Shown: one piece after another, positions 11,488 to 22,899 of the stretch
Position numbering within the stretch: the stretch's first letter is position 1
How the letters are laid out: each line of letters begins with the position of its first letter
NCBI RefSeq assembly: GCF_000315625.1
Contig: NW_005434634.1
Span: 524,191-588,190, forward strand
Direction: 5' to 3'
From: Guillardia theta CCMP2712
Taxonomy: Eukaryota; Protista; Cryptophyta
DNA: 64,000 nt
Made by a program: the position numbers and the translations under genes
Notes under the pieces: generated by a model
What the model saw: the letters and a program-made list of their open reading frames with translations, nothing else
What the model was told of the DNA's origin: nothing
The model's database searches: none

Positions 11488-13856
11488 ATGGCAGCCAAGA
11501 GCGATGTAGAAAAGCTGCTTGAGGAGGTTCAGATCACTTCCAAGTCTTGGCTGGGTGATGAGTTGATCAGCGCACTCAGCTCAGAAGATCTTGAAGGCTT
11601 GGACGACGAATGGGCAGACGGTCAAGATTCAGACCTGGATGATATCAGCTCGTTGACCTTCTCTGATATATCATTAGCCAAGCCTTCAAGAGCAGCAAAA
11701 GCAGACGACGATTATAGGCATCTGACTTCCAAATCAGATTCAAAGAAAGGAGACAAAGACGAGATCATCAAATTGAGGGCACAACTGGAAGAGCTGCGAA
11801 ATCAAAACGAAATTCTAGAATTTAAACTGAATCATGCGCATCGCAGACGAGAAGACGATATTAATCAGGTTCGCGAAAAACAACTAAAGCCCGCATTAGA
11901 GACGATCTCGCAGCTTGAAAGGATGCGCGACAAATGGAAAGAAGATGAGAAGATTCGAAAGGAGGACTTTCTACATGCTCTTGAGATCTCGCAAAGAGAT
12001 TACCAGGAAATTCAATCTGTCCCACCAGAAAATCGTGATTTGAAGCAAGAAGTAGCATTGCACGTTTGGGAGCGAATAGCTGAAGTTCAGAAAGGAAGGA
12101 CTGCGGCAAGAAGAGAAGCCGATGCTTTACGTGAATCTCTGAACTTAGCCAATGCTGAATTGCGAGACGTCCATGGAAGGTGGGAAGAATCCGAGAAGAT
12201 TGCAAACGCAAGATATGTAGAATACAGTCAGAACTTGAAGACTTGGCAGGAAAAATGTTCAAACCTTCAGCGTAATCTGGATGCCCTAAATGAAGCCATA
12301 ACCTTGCATGAAGAGAGAAGTCGAAGATGTGACGAAGCAGAGGCTCGAGAGAAGAGAACAGCACAGGAATTGAACAATGCTGCAATCCGGGTTGGAGAGC
12401 TGGAAGCCGTCATAGCAACTTTGCAGAACGAAATGAAGAATGTCATGGAAGACTCTCAGGAAAAAACGCGCGTTTCGAGCATCCTTCAATTGGACAAAGA
12501 CTACTTGCAGAAAGAAAACGCGGATCTCTTGTCCAGATGTCAGAAAGCAGAGGAAAAATTGGAGAAGAAAGCTTTCAAAGTGAAGGAGCTTCAACGAAGC
12601 AAGGAGCAGCTGGAATTACAGATGAGAGAACAACAGATCTTGACAGTAACAAGCAATGAGGAAAGAATCCAGTCACAGATCGCAGCCCTGCAAGAACGTG
12701 CTCAGCAGGAGATTGGAGAGATAAAGAAGAACACAGCCGAGTTTTATGAGAGACAAAATCAAGCCCTCCTCGATGCCAAGGAGGAAGCTTTGTCTGAACT
12801 TGAAAGACTTCGCAAGAGGTTATCCGATGTTGAGAAGGCCAAAGAGCTTGCTGTCCGAGAGCACCTGGAGTTAGTCTCGACCTTCGAGTCAAGAGTAGGA
12901 GAAGCTCGAAGCCAGGCAAAAATCAAGGCAGCAGAACTTGAAAGAGCACACATTGCTCAGGAAGACGCTCAGGCTCTGATCCGACAGCTTAGACTCGAAG
13001 CTGAAATGTATCGCGAGAAAGTTGAGCTGCTGAGAACTGAGCTGAGCTCGCTGCAGACGTCCTCTGCCACTAGAATCACAGAACTGGAGGCGCAAGTTAC
13101 AAACAATGACGCGAAGTTAAAATTGTTTGAATCCATCGAGAGTGACTTGGTAACCATGACAGACGACATGAAAGGCACTCTTTCGTATCCGGAATACGTG
13201 CTGCAGTCTGACTCCCGTGCTCTCGGAAAGATTTCTTCCTACGATCACTCGAGAAGAATCGCTCAAGCAATGTCGCTCGCGCGGAAGGTGATGGAGCAGC
13301 AAAAGGAGATCGCGGGCCTCAAGCAGACCATCGACGAGCAGGAGTCTCACATTGCGAGGATCTCAGCTGAGCTCAGTCAAACGAGCTCGTTGCTGTCCAA
13401 GTCCCCGCAGCCTCAGGATGTGCTTATCCAGGCCATCTGCGCCCGGGACGAGGAGCTCAAAGTCCTGCGGGCGGACATGAAGAGGATCAAGAGCGTGCAT
13501 AACCTGTTGAAAGAGGAGCGAGACGCTCTGAGCTCGCAGTGCGAGCAGCTCAAGTCAGACTTGAACAAGTTGTCTCGCGTCAAGAAAGCGTCAGAAGATG
13601 TTCAAGCAGCGATCGGTCAACTGCAGTTCCAGCAAGAGGTGATGAGATTGTTTGATGTGATGCTCGTGACAAGCTGTCTCCAGCTCAACATGCAGAGGAT
13701 CCAAGAGATTCGAAAGGTTGAAACGAAATCGTCAGGTGACATTCCTAGATAATCTACTCTGTCATGATGTGGTGACCGAATGAGCTAGATTCAATAAGAC
13801 TAAAGGAGAATCAACCTCACGCCATCTGGTTTACTAAGCTCAAGAACAGGAAATAG
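11488..13856 (+). CDS. PIBF1: PIBF1/CEP90 centriolar coiled-coil protein
   Basis: Family-typical blocks 'LQLDKDYLQKEN', 'EFYERQNQALLDAKEEA', 'SSLQTSSATRITELEAQ', 'RRIAQAMSLARKV' and 'SPQPQDVLIQAICARD'. The last exon reads 'WFTKLKNRK*'. Confidence 0.85.
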
Positions 13857-13946
13857 TAGAAAAAATCACAGGGAAGTAGAAACATATTTCAAATAGTTTT
13901 GCAATCCATGTCAATGATTGAATGTAAATGAAGGAAAACTTTCGGA

Positions 13947-15836
13947 TCAGGTTCCCGCGCTCAACAAGTTACGTTTCCTGGACAAAGCTGCATGCTTAGA
14001 CACCAGAGACTTAAAGGCTGGTAGCTCCGTCTTCCCTCGCTCCTTGAGCGATTGGATGCCATCCTCACACTGCCTCAGCGCGACATCGATGGCGTCAAGA
14101 GCAGAAGCCACGGACAACTTGTCCATCCTCGTCTGGTTGGTTATGTTCTGACAGTGCTCTCCGAACCGCAGCGCCTCGATAGTCTCGTCCCCATGGCTGT
14201 CTTCCAGCGTGCCAGTGACGAGAACGTACGTTCGGCTAGAGCCTCCAAGAGCGCCCTTGAGCAGCATGGTCAGCCGAGACTCGAGGAAGGGAACGTGACT
14301 GCGCTCCTCGTTGAGGGCCTTGATGCACTTCTTGAGCACGAGCAGACCGCTGTTGATGGACGCTGCTTCTCTCTTCGCGCTCCCCTCCACCTTGGACTTA
14401 CTGATGTGCTCGCACCCTGCAAGATCTGCGAGGACGAGCTGCGAGCGGATGATGAGCTGCTCTGTCCTGTCGACCCCAGCTGAATCCTTGCTCCTGTTCT
14501 GCTGGAGGTTGACGACTAGGATTGTGTGAGCTCTACTCGATCGCTCGTTCATGGCCGTAGCTCTGTATCGCTTGTTCTCCTCTCCTCGTCGAAAGACTTC
14601 CAGCAAATCTCGACGAGATGCTACTGTAGTTTCAGCGGCTCCATGAAGTTCAAATCCAGAGGAAGAGGTTCGGAGATTGACTTTCTTGCCGTCCACAAGG
14701 TCGGTGACGACCTCCTGATAGACCTGCACGTACTGCACTGAGATCGCAAGCGCTGACAACTTCTCTCGTGCCATCTTCTCTCTCGCGTCCAGCAGCTCCC
14801 ACATGCTCCGCACGACGATTCCGAGCTTCGAGCTGGTGCCTTCAAGCTCGTCCATCCACTGTGGGGGACCGAAGAGCGAGAAAGTCTTGCCGCTTCCTGT
14901 CTGCCCGTACGCCAGCACACAGGAGTTGAATCCGTTGAGCGATGAAATCACCGCGTTCCTAGCGAAGTTGGAGTACACATCCTCCTGCCCGACCTGTGCG
15001 TCCATGACGTTGGAGAAGCGAAACGAGCGGACGCCAACCCCCGGGATGTATGCAGCTACGCTCGACTTATCGACCGAGAGAACTTTTGACCTGCCGAACA
15101 TCCGTCGCTGCCCCTCGTTCTCATCAGCCGCTTGGGAGCCATCTGGGCCTCGCTTCTGTCCGCCTTCGCCCGCACGTGCCTGACTGGGATGGGCTGAATC
15201 GATGTGCATACGATGTACCTCAGCCTCTTCTGGTCTTACCTCGCCAGCAGAGCCTTGACTGTAAGAGCTCGTCCTGTCGTCTTGTTGAACACTCAAGTGG
15301 GACACGTTGGTTCTCGCATCAGATTGTGCTCTGCTGTTGGCAAAGAAAAGGTTCTTAGCGTCCTGCAGCATCTCCATTAGCTCCGAGGAGATGTCACTTT
15401 CATTCCCAAGGAACTTCGATTTGATCTCACTGACTGACAGCTTAAGCTCTCCCATCGCCTCCTCCCTTGTAATCTTCTGCCCTTTCTTCAGCATCTTGAG
15501 ACGCTGATGCAACGGCAGAATCAGCCCAGTCTCCTCTTGATGTCCGGGTTTGAAGCGAACCGCCACCCGTATCTTGTGGTCGTGAGCAACTGAATCGCAG
15601 CTGCTCCACTTGTTCCTTGCGGGAAAGAGGTGATCCCAGAAGAACGCTCGCCACTCGACCACCAGCCCCTCGGGCACGTAGAGCGCGAGCTCGTTGGATA
15701 TGATGCGAGAAATGAGGGCCCATCCGTCTTCTCCATCATCGATCCAGCTTCTGAGCGTCCTTGATACGCATCTGAGCATGACCTGTCGCGAGTGATCAAT
15801 AGAATCCTGAGTCAACCTTGGAAACCCAAAGCTCCA
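13947..15836 (-). CDS. Kinesin motor protein with N-terminal F-box-like segment and split motor domain; start approximate
   Basis: 'IRVAVRFKP', P-loop 'GQTGSGKT', switch I 'NERSSRAH', switch II 'DLAGCE' and 'HVPFLESRLT'. Confidence 0.9.
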   Translation of the reverse strand, partial: WSFGFPRLTQDSIDHSRQVMLRCVSRTLRSWIDDGEDGWALISRIISNELALYVPEGLVVEWRAFFWDHLFPARNKWSSCDSVAHDHKIRVAVRFKPGHQEETGLILPLHQRLKMLKKGQKITREEAMGELKLSVSEIKSKFLGNESDISSELMEMLQDAKNLFFANSRAQSDARTNVSHLSVQQDDRTSSYSQGSAGEVRPEEAEVHRMHIDSAHPSQARAGEGGQKRGPDGSQAADENEGQRRMFGRSKVLSVDKSSVAAYIPGVGVRSFRFSNVMDAQVGQEDVYSNFARNAVISSLNGFNSCVLAYGQTGSGKTFSLFGPPQWMDELEGTSSKLGIVVRSMWELLDAREKMAREKLSALAISVQYVQVYQEVVTDLVDGKKVNLRTSSSGFELHGAAETTVASRRDLLEVFRRGEENKRYRATAMNERSSRAHTILVVNLQQNRSKDSAGVDRTEQLIIRSQLVLADLAGCEHISKSKVEGSAKREAASINSGLLVLKKCIKALNEERSHVPFLESRLTMLLKGALGGSSRTYVLVTGTLEDSHGDETIEALRFGEHCQNITNQTRMDKLSVASALDAIDVALRQCEDGIQSLKERGKTELPAFKSLVSKHAALSRKRNLLSAGT

Positions 15837-16190
15837 TCCTAACTTTTAGAAATGCAAGCTCCTCCCTTCACGCGTCTTCCCTCCCCATGTCTGCATCATC
15901 ACCTCTGCTCTCCTCTCTCCTCCTGCTTACCGCATGTCGCCATCCCACAGCTGGCAATGTCAAACAAAGCGCTTGCATTGCCGTTGAACCAGCAAGTCAT
16001 GATTCAAACTTCTCCTCTAGAAATTCAAATCATAGAGCAAGATTTGCATCAGGAGTGAAATGACAAAGTACCTAGCAGGCGCAATGGGACGAAGGCTCAG
16101 GAGCAGTTCCTCGAGGCGTGAGGGGAGGAGGTAAGAGGAGCAGGTTTGAGAGGAGGGAGTAGGAAGCACACTAAGAGGACGAGCTCTCCA

Positions 16191-17222
16191 ATGCGCTCTC
16201 GCCATGCTGTCGCCTTTTCTCTTCTGGCAGCGATCTTGACGCATGCCGGGGTTCCAGGATCGCGCGGGCGCATCCCAGGACGAAGGATGGCATGTTGGCA
16301 GATGCTGAGATTGAGGGGACATGGAGGCGAGTTTGATTACTTGCCGGATGAAGGTCTCTTCATGAGTACTGAGGAGGAGGAGCCCCGGCCGCGAGAAGAA
16401 GGAGCGCCGATCACAAGCCTCCCGGAAGCTATCCTCACCCGAGCTGAGTTAGAGCAAGTCAAGTACTGGAAGAGGGTCGAACGGTCCATGGAGGCTGAAG
16501 AGCAGGATAGCGCCAATGACACCATACCGTATCCCGTTGAGAAACTATTCGTAAGCAGCAACACTACGGACACTTCTTGGCGAGCCATGGAACTCATGAA
16601 GGAGTGTACCATGAACGCAGTGCAAGGCAACGCCGAGATGTCAGACGGATTTCTCGTGTTTCAAGACATGTTCGAAGTGGGAGAACAGTTGGGACTGTCG
16701 TTTTTCCATCAATTCTTGAGGTTTGTCATTGCGCTCGCCAGAGATGGCAAGGCTGAGACTGCGGACGGGGAGAGGGTGTTCGAGTTCATTGTAAATCAGG
16801 GGATTCGTCCTACAAAAGAAACTTACATCCTCGTGATGAATGTCATATGTGAGGGAGCTAAACAGGACCCACAGCGAGGATATCTTTCGGAAGGATATCG
16901 ATGGTATGCAAAATTCCGGAAAGACGGGTTTGAAAGTGACGAGGAAGTAAGAGAGGCGTATTTTGAGGTCTACGAGGCGCAGAGCCCCAACGTCTATGAC
17001 GTGGATTTCTATCGAGATAACTGGTGCGTGCTCTATAGTGCTGAAGACCGCCTGTGGCAAGGAATTCCTGAATTCGGGATAGAACCGCACGGTTCCTACA
17101 TTGATTTGATCCCTGAAGAAGATTTATGTAACAGTACTATACAAGAGATTTTCAAGGGAGAAGACAACGAGACATCTTCAGACATCAACATGACTGAGAG
17201 CGAATATTCGAGTTCTTTCTAG
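16191..17222 (+). CDS. Signal-peptide protein with degenerate PPR-like repeats
   Basis: Hydrophobic N-terminus followed by 'MLRLRGHGG'. 'ERVFEFIVNQGIRPTKETYILVMNVIC' and 'EGYRWYAKFRKDGFESD' resemble PPR motifs. Confidence 0.65.
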   Translation: MRSRHAVAFSLLAAILTHAGVPGSRGRIPGRRMACWQMLRLRGHGGEFDYLPDEGLFMSTEEEEPRPREEGAPITSLPEAILTRAELEQVKYWKRVERSMEAEEQDSANDTIPYPVEKLFVSSNTTDTSWRAMELMKECTMNAVQGNAEMSDGFLVFQDMFEVGEQLGLSFFHQFLRFVIALARDGKAETADGERVFEFIVNQGIRPTKETYILVMNVICEGAKQDPQRGYLSEGYRWYAKFRKDGFESDEEVREAYFEVYEAQSPNVYDVDFYRDNWCVLYSAEDRLWQGIPEFGIEPHGSYIDLIPEEDLCNSTIQEIFKGEDNETSSDINMTESEYSSSF

Positions 17223-18099
17223 CTGAGGATGCCGATCCACTCGGTTGGGAATCTTCCTCGTCGGGTGCCTCCTCATCGCTTGCATCGGACTGAGTTGACG
17301 AGTCTGGTTGGTGCCATGCAGCCTCAGCAGCGACATCTTCGACTACAGACAACCTGGAAGGAACAAGACGTGAGGTCCTGACTATCTTACATGCAACAGC
17401 ATACCGCACGAGGCTTTCGAAACCGAGGGGAAGAATGGGGATGGAAGCAAGGAAATCCGCAAGAGCAATCGGATCAAAGAAGCGTGCAATCTTGTCGCAG
17501 ACGTCTTCAAGATTCTCCCAGTGCGTTAAGATTCTTTTCTTGACATGGTGCAGATCTCCTTCGAAGTAGATGAGACATTGTTCCAAGTCTTTCTCGAGGT
17601 CCTCGTCGAGGTCCGAGGGGGCAGGCGGTTTCGACGTTGGAGGCCCAGATTCGAGAAGCTTGTAATTTACCCTGTATTCAATAAGTTTATATCTGTCCTG
17701 TTTGATCTTGTACTCGATCTCAATCCTGTTCCCATGATTTGTTGCATGAACGCGTGCCGCAAGCGTCATTCTCTTCGGCTTGCATTCCCATGCAACACAT
17801 TGAAGCTCTGACATCAACTTCCTACCCAGCTCCACAGAAGTCCTGCTCTTTTGGCACTCTTACTTCGGGTCACACTGAAGACAGAAAGCTCAACGTACCA
17901 GAGAAACATCGTCGGAGTTCCACCTCAGAGAAGTTGCTTTCAGTAAATTCTGGAATCGGGTTGGGTCTGACTGGAAGGGATACGTTGATAATCTAAGTCT
18001 GTTTGTGTTTGAAGCATTGGAGACAACGAGGGATGAAGAGAGTAGGAGAGCTCGTAAGATCATACAGCAAACTGCATGCTTTACCAGCCTCCTCGCCAT
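17185..18099 (-). CDS. Hypothetical signal-peptide protein
   Basis: Exon 1 'MARRLVKHAVCCMILRALLLSSSLVVSNA...' splices in frame through an intron at ~17850-17898 to the 216-aa ORF. No family recognised. Confidence 0.55.
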
Positions 18100-18211
18100 C
18101 GCTATCTGACCGGTCACATCGATATGAGCATTCCTGTGCTTGGTTTTTTAAAATCTGTAAAAGATAGAAAATCTCTTGTAAAACAGAAGGCAATGGCGTG
18201 AGGTGGGGAGG

Positions 18212-21200
18212 ATGCGAGCGGTCGGGATGGAGCTGCTTGTCACTCTCCTCTTGAGCTTCATCCTCGCACATCCTGCAGCAAGTCAGACGCTCTCATGCAC
18301 CAAGAAGATGAAGCTCCGCGACATCATCGCCACTTCAGACCTACTCGAAGCCTCCGACAGCCTCGGGGAACTCGTCAAGTGCTTGAAGATCGCGGTAGCC
18401 AAGGACAAGACATCCTCTCAGCTATGGCGGCGGTTGTCCTCTGCTGTCGTGAGATACGATGCTGTCGAGGCCTTGCGGCTCATCGAGGATGGTCTGGCTG
18501 CTGTCGAGCAGGCGAACGCCCCGGGCTCGGTTGGCCTGTGGGCCATGAAGGCAGAATTCCTTGACAAGCTCGGATCGGACGAGCAAGCAGAGGCAGCATA
18601 CAAGGAGACCAGAGCGTTGCTTCCACAGTCAGACCTGACATGCTACAATCTTGGCTTCTTCTACATGACCAGGAACAGGTATGATGAGGTAAGTGTTGTG
18701 GTGCCAAGTGATCGACAGAACCTAAGATGATCCTAGGCTCTTGCCGCCTTTCTTGAGGCTGCGAAGCTCAACCCAAGATCGGGACGGAATGCTGAGGCTG
18801 TTGGAGCAGTCTACTTCGGCAACGGGATGGAGGAGGAGGCGCTTCCATGGATGAGAAAAGCTGTCGAGCTCTCACCCGATGAACCCAATGCGAGGATGAA
18901 CCTTGCGAATGCGCTGGGGAAATTAGAGAAGTCAAACGAGGCTGTGCAAGCATACATGAATGTGCGACTTTAGGTTTAGCTCTCTCAGATTGATCCTTCT
19001 TGAAGGTGTTGAGGTTGGATCCCACCAACGAGGACGCCGCCTGCAAGTACGCTTATTTCAGTATCCAGGTACGACGACTTTGATTTCTGTGCGGAAAGAT
19101 GAAACTTCAGGCTGAAGGTTTGCAATTGGAAAGACTATAACAACTACATCAAGACGATCAAAACCATCGTCAAGAATTCAATTCGTCAAGGACGGAAATC
19201 AAGTTTGACTCCTTTCAACGGCTTGATCATGCCGATCAGCATCAGCGATCAACTGCTTCTCGCTAGAAGCTACGCGTCAGCCTCTAGAGCTCAACAGCTT
19301 CCTCCTCCTTCCCGCTTTCATCGACGGTCTCTTGCACCTCCAATGGCTGGAGCTGACATGCGGCAGAGATCGCGTCCGAGTCGGCTACCTGTCTGCTGAC
19401 TTCCGCAACCACCCCATGGGCAGAGAGCTGTCTGCCCTGCTGCCTCTGCATAATCGATCAGGAATGAGAATGCGCATTGTTTTGCGCTCTCCTTGACCCT
19501 GCCATCCAGATTTCGTCTTCATTTGTTACGCTCAGAACCCCCCGCACGCAGTTCACGACGGGAAGTACCGGAAGATGGTGAGGAGGACGAGGACGAGGAG
19601 GACGAGGACGAGGACTCACTCGTGCTGACCGTGACTGCCAAGTTCGTCGACTCGTCGGAGGCGCTGAGAGAGATCAACCCGCTGTCGGACGAGGAGGCAG
19701 CAAAGATGGTGGGAGCACAAGAGTTCGCCCTCCCATGGAAGTGACAGTTCGCCTTAGATCCGAGACGACCAAATCGACATCCTCGTTGACTTGATGGGAT
19801 ACACGCACGGGGCGCGGGAGGGGTTGCTTGCAATGAAACCAGGTGCTCCTCTGCCTTGGCTCCTGCTCTTCCTCCACAAGCTTCGCTCCTCCTTTGCTTC
19901 TCCAACCCAGAATGTCCGTCCTTCCGTGATGACATGGAGCAGGGCGCGTGCAACTCGGCTTCAAGGGCTACATGAGCACGACAGGAGGAGATTTTCTATC
20001 CCACCTGGTCTCTGATGCAGTTAGTGTACCTCCTGAGCTTGCTGTCTTTTACTCCGGTCAGTTGTTGTTGAGAAGGAAACCCATGACGCTTCCTAGAGAA
20101 ACAGCTGCAGCTCGGAATGCTTTTCTCGTCCTCCACTCATGCTATCAATCACCCGGAGATGCTGTCCTCCAGTCTGATCTCGTGAGCCTCTCCTTGCACC
20201 CTCCTGCAAGTTGCTCCAGTCACACCACAAGGACAGCCGTAAGGAAGCTGGTCTACCCGACAAGATGTTTATCTTCGCATGCTTCAACACGCTCTACAAG
20301 GTATATCCTTCCTTTTTTCTCCCTTTCCTCTCTCTCCTCTAGCTCATCACTCGTTGATCTTGAGCAGATAACTCCAACACTCTTCCTTGCATGGCTCAAG
20401 ATCCTCAAGAACGTCCCCAAGAGGTTTCAGATCCCCAGCCCATTTGCAGTTGACAGCTCGCAGTGTCCTCTGGTTGCTCGAAGAACCGGCAGACGCGAAG
20501 GCACACTTATGCAACTTTGCACGCGAAAGAGGAGGTTGAAGGAGGAGGCGCTGGTGGTGATGGTGGTGGTGGTGGTGGTGGAGGAGGACGAGGAAGAAGA
20601 GGAGGACGAGGACTCATCAGTGACTCTCTCCTACTCAAGTTGATTGCAAGCGCCTGATCTTCACCAAGAAAGTTCCCCTTGAGAAACATCTGCAGGTGTG
20701 CCAGTAGTCTGCTAGGTAGCGGGAGCAGAGATTGTGACAATCTGTCAGGTGAAGGCGAACGCAGACTTGTTTCTCGACACACCCATGTACAACGCTCACT
20801 CAACAGCCGCCGACGCCTTATGGGCAGGGTGAACCACTTCGTTGCCTCCCCCCCCTCCCCCCCCTCCCCACCCCCCCCTCAGATGTAGTTGCTGTCTGCC
20901 TGCCGTGTATCTCTGCTCCTGGACTCGAACTCACTTCCTCCTGCGCGCCTGTGACGCACTCATGACAGCGTTCCCGTCCTCACGCTTGCGCGAGAGAAGA
21001 TGGCCGCACGAGTGGGAGCCTCACTTGCTCTCAGCCTGCACATGCCTGAAGTACCCTAGTGTCCTCCCCTGCCGCTCTGATTCTTCACCAGCTCATCGTC
21101 AGGAACATGGAGGAGTATGTGAGCGTAGCGACCTTGCTGGCTAGGAGGAGGCGGAAACTGCAAAGAATCAGAGAGAAGCTTCTCAGGATGCGGAAGGATA

Positions 21201-21372
21201 ACAAGGTCCTGGCATGCGCGGGAGGAAGTGACAGGAGGTGAGATAGCAGCAGGTCAGGACGTTCGACGTGCAAGGATGGATGGCAAGTTTTGAACGATCA
21301 CTTCGGATTAGTCTCGACTTACAGTCGCTTTCTCTTCACTCACATTTCCACATCATCGCGTACTCACAGTGA
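18212..21372 (+). CDS. TPR + GT41 O-GlcNAc-transferase-like protein with signal peptide, multi-exon
   Basis: TPR repeats, then 'RVGYLSADFRNHPMG', 'DILVDLMGYTHGAR', 'GYMSTTG', 'ITPTLFLAWLKILKNVP' and 'DLFLDTPMYNAHSTAADALWAG'. Confidence 0.85.
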
Positions 21373-21466
21373 AACCTGAATCTACTTGCGGACTGAACAA
21401 TACGGGCCATCAACCACCTTTTTCTCTGCCGCACACATTTCCTGAACATCCCCTTCCCTCATCAAC

Positions 21467-22894
21467 TTACATCTTCCGTTCCTTACCCAGTCCAACCATT
21501 GCAAGCACAGTTGCAGCAGGCACTGGAGCAACGCTCAAGCTGTTCTGAATGTTCTCGAGCGTCCTCTCCCATGGCTTGTTCTCTAGGAACGTAGGAAGCT
21601 GCCGGCTGAGCAGCTCAAACGACATGAACATGATGGCTGTGTTGGGCACCACACGCATCAGGTGAGGCCCAAGGCCTGAATAGAGACCCCTCCTGCCTTC
21701 CTCGCGAGCGATCAAGGCGATTGATTGAAACATGCTCCTGTATCTCGTCGAGGCCGCTTCCCTCATACGTGTCCGCACAACCTCATGAGGATACGTTAAG
21801 ATGGACGCAGCAGCCTTGGAACTCCCAGCGGCCAGCAGGTACTGCCAAGTCGTGAGCTCCTCAGAACCTGACGAGCCCTTGAGGTTGGAAGCCTTCATGC
21901 TTGCCTTCATCTTCTCGTAGAGGAGGAACTGGACAGCTCCCTCCGACAATCCCCAGTAAGAAGCAAGAAGACCTCTGTACAAGCCCTTGGGGCCCTCTTC
22001 TGCCAAGATCTTCTTTGCCGTGGCAACCATCCCCGTGCCTTGTAGCTGCATCCTCGTCTTCACCATCCACAGGGGGCAGGTGACTGTGCTGCTCAAGCCT
22101 CCCGCTGCCACTGCTGATGCCATGTGAGTGGCCGGTCCGTCTCCTATCACAGGCTCCAGAGCATTTTTCGTTGCCCCATAAGCCCAGAAGTAGCAGGACC
22201 GGGTCGGGATGATTCCAACGAGCGATAGCGAGAGTCCTCGATACAGTCCACCTACTCCCTGCTCCTTCAGTATTCTCGCTCCGACTCCGAGAGGATTCAG
22301 CCCGAGCCCAGCGTTAGCTCGTGATTGCAAGTTCGTCTTCACCACCTCCAGCGGACACGTGATGGCAGATGCTATGGCCCCAGCAACTCCACCAGCGAGG
22401 AAGTTGCAGACCCCCTGTACCGAAACCTTAGGCATGCGAAGTTCGGGGAGCTTCAGCTGGGGAATAGAGACTTGCGGGAAAGACTCGATCGAGTCAGCTA
22501 GCTTCCCCATCCCTGGGCTGTGAAATGTTCCAACAAACCCTCGAGGAGGAACCCTATACTGCTGTCCTTGCTGCAAAGAAGCTCCAGCACTAGCCGAGGC
22601 GGCACTCACTAGAGATATTTGAGCTATGAGTATGCAAGCCGAAGCTCTCAGACGTCCTCCCAAAGATCCCCTTCTACTTCCAGAAGATGCACAATTAGCA
22701 GTTTGTGCAGAACTCGAGGCACGAGGCAACAAACTAGAAGATCGCGTGGACTGATGGAAGGATGTAGTCGTAGGAGAGGACGAGGAAAGGGAGCCGCACA
22801 GATATGCGGAGGAGGAAGATGATGATGACGACGACAAGCAGCAGCAGTGGCAGGACGAGGAGCAGGATCGCCGCCCTCGACCGGCCGGGTGCAT
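21467..22894 (-). CDS. Mitochondrial carrier family protein, Rim2/SLC25A33-36-like, with long N-terminal extension
   Basis: Three carrier signatures, PLEVVKTNLQ, PLWMVKTRMQ and PHEVVRTRMR, plus 'ASYWGLSEGAVQFLLYE' and 'RVVPNTAIMF'. Confidence 0.9.
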   Translation of the reverse strand: MHPAGRGRRSCSSSCHCCCLSSSSSSSSSAYLCGSLSSSSPTTTSFHQSTRSSSLLPRASSSAQTANCASSGSRRGSLGGRLRASACILIAQISLVSAASASAGASLQQGQQYRVPPRGFVGTFHSPGMGKLADSIESFPQVSIPQLKLPELRMPKVSVQGVCNFLAGGVAGAIASAITCPLEVVKTNLQSRANAGLGLNPLGVGARILKEQGVGGLYRGLSLSLVGIIPTRSCYFWAYGATKNALEPVIGDGPATHMASAVAAGGLSSTVTCPLWMVKTRMQLQGTGMVATAKKILAEEGPKGLYRGLLASYWGLSEGAVQFLLYEKMKASMKASNLKGSSGSEELTTWQYLLAAGSSKAAASILTYPHEVVRTRMREAASTRYRSMFQSIALIAREEGRRGLYSGLGPHLMRVVPNTAIMFMSFELLSRQLPTFLENKPWERTLENIQNSLSVAPVPAATVLAMVGLGKERKM

Positions 22895-22899
22895 GGCGG

